Shown piece after piece: positions 37,801-46,800 of a stretch of 48,415 nucleotides of DNA. The stretch comes from Methanobacteriota archaeon (GTDB lineage: Archaea; Thermoplasmatota; Thermoplasmata; SG8-5; JAGLSY01), in contig JAEHCQ010000009.1 of assembly GCA_020696385.1 (NCBI GenBank), forward strand, positions 1 through 48,415, read 5' to 3'. The first letter of the stretch is position 1; each line of letters begins with the position of its first letter. Below the pieces are notes generated by a model. The model did no database searches and was not told the DNA's origin. It saw nothing but the letters and a program-made list of their open reading frames with translations. The position numbers were made by a program, and so were the translations under genes.

Positions 37801-40800
37801 CCGGCAACAGTCAATACCGGAGAGACCATCACATACACAATAACGGTTTCCAATACAGGTACAGACACGGCTTACAATGTCATTGTCACAGATACCTATC
37901 CAGCAGAGATCTCATTTGTCAGTGCGATACCTGCACCTGATGTTCCAACCGATAATATCTGGAGCCTTGGAGATATAACTGCTGGAAGTTCAACCACCAT
38001 CACCATAACCGCTCTGGTAATTGGCCTTACAGGCACATTCGACAATGTCGCTTTCACAGATCATGATAATACAGCAAGAGCCATGCCAAGAATATGGGAC
38101 AATGCAACAACCATGATATTGAACCCTGATGTTTCCATTACAAAGACCGGACCAGCAACAGCCAATACCGGTGAGCAGATAGTCTATATAATAGATTATT
38201 CAAACACAGGAGATGATTGGGCATACAATGTCGTCATAACCGAAAATTACCCTGCTGGCGTATCATTTGTAAGTTCCATACCCGCACCTGATATTCCAAC
38301 AGATAATGTATGGACAATACCAGTTATGGCACCTGGTGCATCCGGTACTATCCAGATCACCGTACTTGTTGAAGCATGGGCATCTGGATGGGTGAACAAT
38401 ACCGTATTCATGGACTATGATAATGATGCAACATTGCCACAGACCCAGGAAAATGATACTGTATCAACTCAGATCATCGATCCTCTGATGACAATATCCA
38501 AGACCGCAAGTGCAACTGCAACACATGGAGAGGTCACAACTTACACAATTGATTATCAGAACAACGGAACAGGGTGGGCAAACAATATCATAATCACAGA
38601 AACATATCCAGCAGGCGTTACTTTCATAAGCTCAGTTCCAGCCCCAAGTGCTGGTAACAATGTTTGGGTAATACCAAGTCTGGCTCCAGGAGCTTCTGAC
38701 TTTATTATTATCAATGTAATTGTGGATGCTTCGGCATCCGGTGTATTGATCAATAATGCGGATCTGACATATGACGACAATAACTCCGAGGCGCAAACAC
38801 CGATCTCGGATTCTGCTTCGACCACAATTGTATATCCAACAATGACAATATCCAAGACCTCGCCAGTATCTGCTAATACTGGCGAGACCATCATGTACAC
38901 CATCACATACCAGAACATCGGAACATCTGATGCGAGTAATGTGGTGATCATGGATTCATATCCAGCTGGTGTGTCATTTGTCAATGCAAACCCGATACCA
39001 GATGCTCCAACCGATAATGTCTGGACCATAGGAAATGTCCCAGTTGGAACCGGAGGCACGATATTCATAAACGTGACTGTAACTGCTTCTACTGGTCAGG
39101 TCATCAATGATGTAATTCTGGACTACACGAACACAGAGAACTTCGTGTACCCGACCGAAACAGACCAGGCAATAACTGATATAATCAATCCAGATGTACA
39201 GATAAACAAATGGGCGCCTGCAACTGCCAATACTGGCGAAACCATCATCTATTACCTGAATTACACAAATATCGGGGATGATTGGGCATATAATGTGATG
39301 ATCACAGAGACATATCCAGTTGATGTCAGCTTTGTCATATCTACTCCAATACTACCAGACAACTTCGGAGCTGGTAACAATATCTGGACAATTGGTGCTG
39401 TAGCACCTGGAGCAAGTGGCTCCATTCAGATAACTGTCGATGTGGATCTTGGGCTTGCACTGGGCACTGTACTTGTTAACTCCGCTATATTGGATTATGA
39501 GAACATTGACGCATCATCATTCCAGGATTCGGATGTCGCGGTCACAACAGTGATCGATCCAGTTATCACGATCACAAAGACAGGACCTGCGATCGCAGCT
39601 CCTGGCGAGATAATAATGTACACGATATCTGTCCAGAACACTGGAACAGATACGGCTTATAATGTTATAATTACAGAAACATACCCGGCTGGTGTGACGT
39701 TCATTAATTCCACCTCTGGAAACACCAGCTTCCCACCAACAATCGGCAACAATATTTGGCTCATAGGATCCATCGCCCCTGGAGACGGCGGCATATTGTT
39801 CATCAATGTATCTGTTGATGCAGGGACCATCGGCAATATAACCAATTTAATTGTAATGGACTTTGAGAACCAAGCATCTGTTCCAATGGAAGAGAATGCA
39901 ACCTGTACAACTCTCATCGAAGGACCATACATCGAGATCACAAAATCCGCACCTGCAAATGCAGTTGTTGGAGCTGATATCGTTTACACCATCGTGGTGG
40001 AGAACACTGGTGACAATGACGCACACAATGTCATTGTTACTGAGACCTATCCGACAGATGTTACATTTGTCAGTGCGACACCTGCGCCTACGTCAGGTGA
40101 CAATATATGGGATCTCGGCACGATGGCACCCGGTGATATAACATGGATAAACATCACAGTTAATGTTGACACGGGAGCACTCCTACTCATAAATGATGTA
40201 ATGGTGAACTACTCATCCGATGCTGCAGGAAATGTATCATATGATAATTCAGATTCTGCGACCACAGTGGTCGACAGTCCATTGATGCAGATGACCAAGT
40301 CAGCTCCTGCCTTTGCAAACCCTGGTGAGACAATAATGTACACCATCACCTATTCCAATATAGGAAATGCCGATGCAGGCACTGTTGTAATTACAGAGAC
40401 CTATCCAGCAGGTGTGACATTTGTCAATTCATCTATTGCGCCAGACAATCCAGGCGCTGGAAATGATACCTGGACCATCATTCTTGTAACTCCTGGAACT
40501 TCCGGAACACTGTTCATCAATGTCACAATAGCTGATAATGCGACCGGAATTATTGAGAACTATGTGACCCTGGATTATCAGAACTCTGCTCTTGTGGATA
40601 TGCCGATCCTCGAGGATTGGGCAAGCACGGAATTGAGATGGCCTATTATGCAGGTGACCAAAGAAGGTCCCTCAGAAGTCAACCCCGGTGAAACATTTGA
40701 TTATTATATCAACTACACCAATACTGGAACCGACTGGGCCTATGATCTTCTTATTGTTGAATCATATCCAGCTGGCGTGACATTCATCAGTTCAATACCA

Positions 40801-43800
40801 GCTCCAACAAATGGAGATAATGAATGGTTCTTCCCAGCTTTGGCACAAGGCGCAAGTGGTTCCATTATAGTTACAGTTCAGGTGGGACTTGCAGTATCTG
40901 GACAGGTCCAGAACTTTGTAGCCGTCAATTACAATAATTCTGCAGGCAGTGTCGCAGTCCCTGTGACCGACGATGTGATAACGGACATTGTCAACCCACT
41001 GGTGACAATATCCAAGACCGGACCTGCAATTGCATTGCCAGGTCAGCAGTTCACATACACTCTTACCTATGAGAATACAGGAACCGCCACGGCATACGAT
41101 GTGACTATAACAGAATCATATCCACCCGAGGTATCCTTCATAAGTTCGATACTCGCTCCAACCATTGGTGACAATACCTGGATAATTCCAACACTCGCTC
41201 CTGGAGCCTCAGGTTCCATAGATATATTGGTTCAGGTGAACGCCGGAGTATCTGGGACCATACAGAACGATGTCACACTGGATTATGATAATGGCATTGG
41301 AACCATAATGCCTCAGGACCAGGACAGCTGGCAGACAGATGTTATTTACCCCGAGCTCACGGTCACCAAAACCGCACCTGCCTTTGCAAACCCAGGTGAG
41401 GCCATAACTTACACAATAACAGTCACGAATATAGGTATGACTGCTGCGACAAATGTTCTGGTAACAGATATCATTCCAGCTGGAACCACTTTTGTATCAT
41501 CATCACCAGCTGCTGACATTGATAATAATGGATGGACCATCCCAATACTGTTTGGATTCCCATGGATATTAGATATTAACGTCCTTGTCAATGATGATGC
41601 CTTCGGAACTCTGACAAATGATGTCACAGTGGATTACGATGACCCGATCGGGCAGGCATACCCAAGCATAAGTGACTCAGCGGATACGATAGTAATCAAT
41701 CCTGCAATGACAATAATTAAATCTGGCCCAGCAACAGTCAATACAGGCGAACAGATCACATACTCTATCGAATACACGAACACCGGAAATGATGTGGCAT
41801 ATGATGTCTCCATAACAGAGACATATCCTGCATCTGTATCATACATATCATCATTACCAGTTCCATCACTTGGAAACAATATCTGGAATGTGGGAGATGT
41901 GGCAGTTGGAGAGACTGGATGGATAAACATAACCGTCGAGGTGTCTGTTGGCGCATCTGGAACTTTCAATAATTCCGTTGTGCTTGATTATGATAATACG
42001 GTTGGAGTCATGCCACAGGAAAGCGATTATCTTGAAACTACGATAATCGATCCAAGCATGACCATTGAGAAGATCGCTGCTGAATTCGCTAACAGTGGTC
42101 AGACAATAGTCTATGTCATTAACTACATGAACAATGGTAATGACTGGGCATACAATGTCGTCATAACTGAGACATACCCAGCAGATGTGACCTTTGTTGG
42201 AGCAATCCCATCACCTGATATGGGCAATAATGTCTGGATCATACCAGCAATCGCTCCTGGAGCTGGTGGTTCGATAATGATTGCCGTGGATGTCAGCGCA
42301 AATGCAGCTGGTGTCTTGACAAACACTGTAACTCTTGATTACGATAACTCTGCAATTGTCATGCCTACCGAGACTGCTTCCGATACAACAGTTGTGACAG
42401 ATCCATTCATTCAGATAACAAAGATCGTATCAGATCCTATTGCAAACCCCGGGCAACAGATAACATACACAATAACCGTGCAGAACCTTGGTGATGCAGC
42501 GGCTTACGATGTGTATGTCTATGATACCTATGGTCTGGGCATTACCTTTGTAAGTTCCACCCCAACTCCAGACATACCAAACTTCGGATGGTACTTCGCG
42601 ATGATCCCGGCCCTGAGCACAGAGACGATAATCATCACTGTCGATGTAGATCAGTCCGCCTTTGGAATTATAGAGAACCTTGCGGTTGTCAATTATTCAG
42701 ACTTCGCAGGAGAATATCAGGATGAGGAATCAGACACAGCCGATACTCAGATAATATCACCTGTCGTCGATGTCACAAAGGATGCGACACCATCTGCAAA
42801 TGTTGGTGACACCATAAACTACTGGATCAATTACACCAATACTGGAAATGACATTGCTCACAACTTGGTGATAACTGATACCTACCCGGCTGATGTTCTC
42901 TTTGTTGGTGCTGTTCCAATGCCAACTTCAGGTAACAATATTTGGGATGTCGCCTCACTCGCACCAGGCGCCTCTGTTTCAATAATGATAACTGCGCTTG
43001 TGCTGCCAACAGCTGTTGGCACACTGGAGAACCTTGTTGAGATCACCTACGAGAGCGGTGCTGGATATGTATATGGTCCCGAATCAGATACTGCGATCAC
43101 AGCTATCGGTGACACACCAATAATGGAGATCACAAAGGCTGGCCCAACACTTGTGAATGCACTCCAGACTTTTTCTTACTGGATCAATTACACAAACACT
43201 GGAGTTGTCGATGCAGATAATGTGATCATAACCGAAACATACCCAGCAGGCTTTACCTATGTAAATGCATGGCCAGTCCCAACCACACCAAACAATATCT
43301 GGGATCTAGGAACGGTTCCTGCGGGAACATCTGGATCCATTATGATTAACATGACAGTGGACGGAACTGTCTATGGTACTGTTACGAACATTGTCAGAAT
43401 AGATTATGAGAACCAGAGTGGGGAATCATACTTTGATGAGGCAATTTTGGATACGACCATAGCAGATGCTCTTATGGACATAACCAAGACAGGTCCATTG
43501 ACAGCCACAGTTGGCGAGACCATCATGTACACCATCACGTACCAGAACACAGGAAATGACACTGCATACAATGTTGTAATTACAGAGACATATCCAGCAG
43601 GCGGTACCTTTGTTAATTCTTCAGTGGCCGCGGACAATCCAGGAGCTGGAGATAATATTTGGACCATCGGCGATGTTCTTCCAGGCGATGGTGCTGTGAT
43701 CTTTATCAATGTCACACTCTCCGTAGCAGGAGCCACAGAGGTCAATGATGTAGCAATTGATTATGAGAATGGTCTTGGTGTTCCTCAACCACAGGAAACA

Positions 43801-46800
43801 GACACATGGACTACCCTTGTGGATGTATTGGATGCTGTTGTACAAGTTACAAAGACAGCGACACCAACAGCTTGCCCTGATGGTATCATCACTTACGAGA
43901 TAATATACACGAACCTTGGTCTGGGAGCTGCAAGTGCTCTTGTCATAACAGAGATCTATCCAGCAGGCACGACATTTGTTGATGCAAACCCACCAGCAGA
44001 TGTAGGAAACAATGTTTGGAACATCGGTGCACTTGCTTCTGGAGCAAGTGGCACAATTTTCATCAATGTCAGTGTGAATACTGGTGTCGTACCTGGAACT
44101 ATCTTGACAAACACAGTTGATATCACTTACTTTGACGGAACAGCTGGTCAGATCGGTTCGGATACAGCAGATACACTTGTTGTGAATCCATCAATGACAA
44201 TTTCCAAGGTAGCGCCTACCTTCGTATTGAGCAATCCACCTCAGAATATCGTTTACACCATCACTTATCAGAACACGGGAACAGACACTGCATATAATAT
44301 TGAGATAATAGAGAACTATCCATCCAATGTGAACTATATTGTTGCAAACCCACTGCCATCCGTTGGAAACAATGTTTGGAATATTGGTGCTGTTGCACCA
44401 GGTGGAAGCGGAACCATAACCATAACAGTTCAGGTTGCGGGTGTTCTGCCAGCAGGAACATTGCTGGATAACTATGTGTGGCTCAATTACACCAATGAAG
44501 CTGGAACAAGCCAGCCAATGGAATCAGACAGTGCGACCACGACGATAACCGATGTCATCATGGAGCTTGATAAGACTGGTCCTGCTACCGCAGATCCAGG
44601 TGACACGATAATTTACACTATATCATATCATAACTACGGGCCATCAGCCGCTACCAATGTAATCATAACAGAGACATATCCGGCAGGCGTTACCTTTGTT
44701 AGTGAGAGTACTGGTACAGTTATTGGAAACAATGTTTGGAACATAGGTCTTGTACCTGCCGACACAGGCGGTACTATTGACATCGTAGTTACTATCGATG
44801 CATCTGCTCCAGACATCATCACGAACAATGTGATGCTGGAATTCGATGACAGTGTTACCACACACACTCTCTATGCTGATGCCACCACGGCTATCAGTGG
44901 ACCATTGATGACACTGAGTAAAGCGGGCCCAGGCCTGGCACAACCAGGACAGACCATATTGTACACTCTGACTTACGAGAACATCGGTGCAGGATATGCC
45001 AACAATGTTGTCATAACAGAGAACTACCCAGCAGGTGTGACCTTTGTTAATTCCTTCCCAGCTCCAGATGCGGGCAATAATGTATGGAACCTTGGTGCTA
45101 TTGCACCAGGTGATTCAGGATCCATTATCATCGTTGTGGACATCTCATTATTTGCCTATGGCACACTAACTAACTGGGCATCTTTGGAATATCTGAATGT
45201 TTCTGGTGGCTCACAGCCAACCGAATGGGCAAGTGCCATGACCGTGCTCGGAGGGCCAAGCATGGTCGTTGAGAAGCAAGGTCCATCATCTGTTAATTCT
45301 GATGGTCAGGTAACTTACACGATATCCTATCAGAACAATGGTGCAGGTGTTGCCAGTAATGTGGTCATTGAGGATGCATTCCCAGCAGGCCTTGGCTATG
45401 TTTCATCATCACCATTGGGAATATTGATCGGAAACACAGTGAGATGGAATATCGGCAGTGTTGCAGGTGGCGGAAGTGGAACCATATCCGTTACATTTGA
45501 TGTGATTGGCTTCACAGCCCCGGCAGCTTTCGATAATTATGCATATTTGAATTACACGGATCAGTCTGGAACTGCATTCGAGAAGCAGTGGATGGTCACA
45601 ACTATCGTAGTTGATCCATCAATGACCATAACAAAGACTGGCCCTGTAGAGGCCAATTCTGGTGAAGAAATCACATACACTATCACTTATCAGAACGTAG
45701 GAACGGATACAGCAGAGAATGTGGTCATTACCGAAAATTATGATGCAGGCACATCCTTTATTGATTCTACACCAGCTCCAGATGTGGGAAACAATGTTTG
45801 GAACATAGGAACTGTTGCTCCTGGATCAGGTGGTACTATCGTAGTAACTGTACTGGTAGGAACTGGAGTGGCGAATGGTACATTGTTGGACAATGTAGTA
45901 GATCTCGATCATGAGAACCTTGCAGGTGTATCACAGCTAACGATAAGTGATAATGCACAGACCACTGTTCTCGATCCTGAACTCACCATAACAAAGGCCG
46001 TATCAGATGCAACCGCGAACACAGGCCAACAGATATCATACACATTGACCATCACAAATATCGGTGGCGCTGTTGCCGAGAATATTATTGTTACAGACAC
46101 ATACCCAGTAGGAATCAGCTATGTAAGCTCTGTTCCTGCACCGGATGCAGGCTATGACAATATATGGACCATACCAAGCATTGGTGTGGCTGGCACGGTG
46201 ACAATAACCATAACTGTGATGGTGGGAACAAATGTCGCACCAGGAACCAACCTTATCAATGATGTTCTGCTCAATTACACAGATGCAAATGGTGAATATC
46301 AGACAGAACTGACTGATTCAGCCACCACACAGGTCATTGATCCATTACTTACGGTGACAAAGACCGCACCAGCAGTTGCGAACACTGGTGAGATGATCAT
46401 GTACACTATCGTTGTGGATAATATTGGAACTGATGCGGCAAACAATGTCATTATAACAGAGCAATATGGTTCCAATGTCATCTTCGTGGACTCAAGCATT
46501 CCTTCGGACAACCCAGGAACTGGAGATAATATCTGGACAATACCAACCATCGCATCCTTTGATTCATTCACATTGTTCATCAATGTGACGACCAACCCGC
46601 CATCATATACCATTGACAACATGGTGGTCGTAGATTATGAAGATGCAGCGGGAGAAGCTCAACCAACAGAATCTGCCAACTCACAGACATTGATACAGGA
46701 TCCAAGCATGATCATATCAAAGACCGCGGTATCTACTATAACCGCGGGCGGAACGATCACCTACAACATAACATTCGAGAACATTGGTAACGGTGATGCA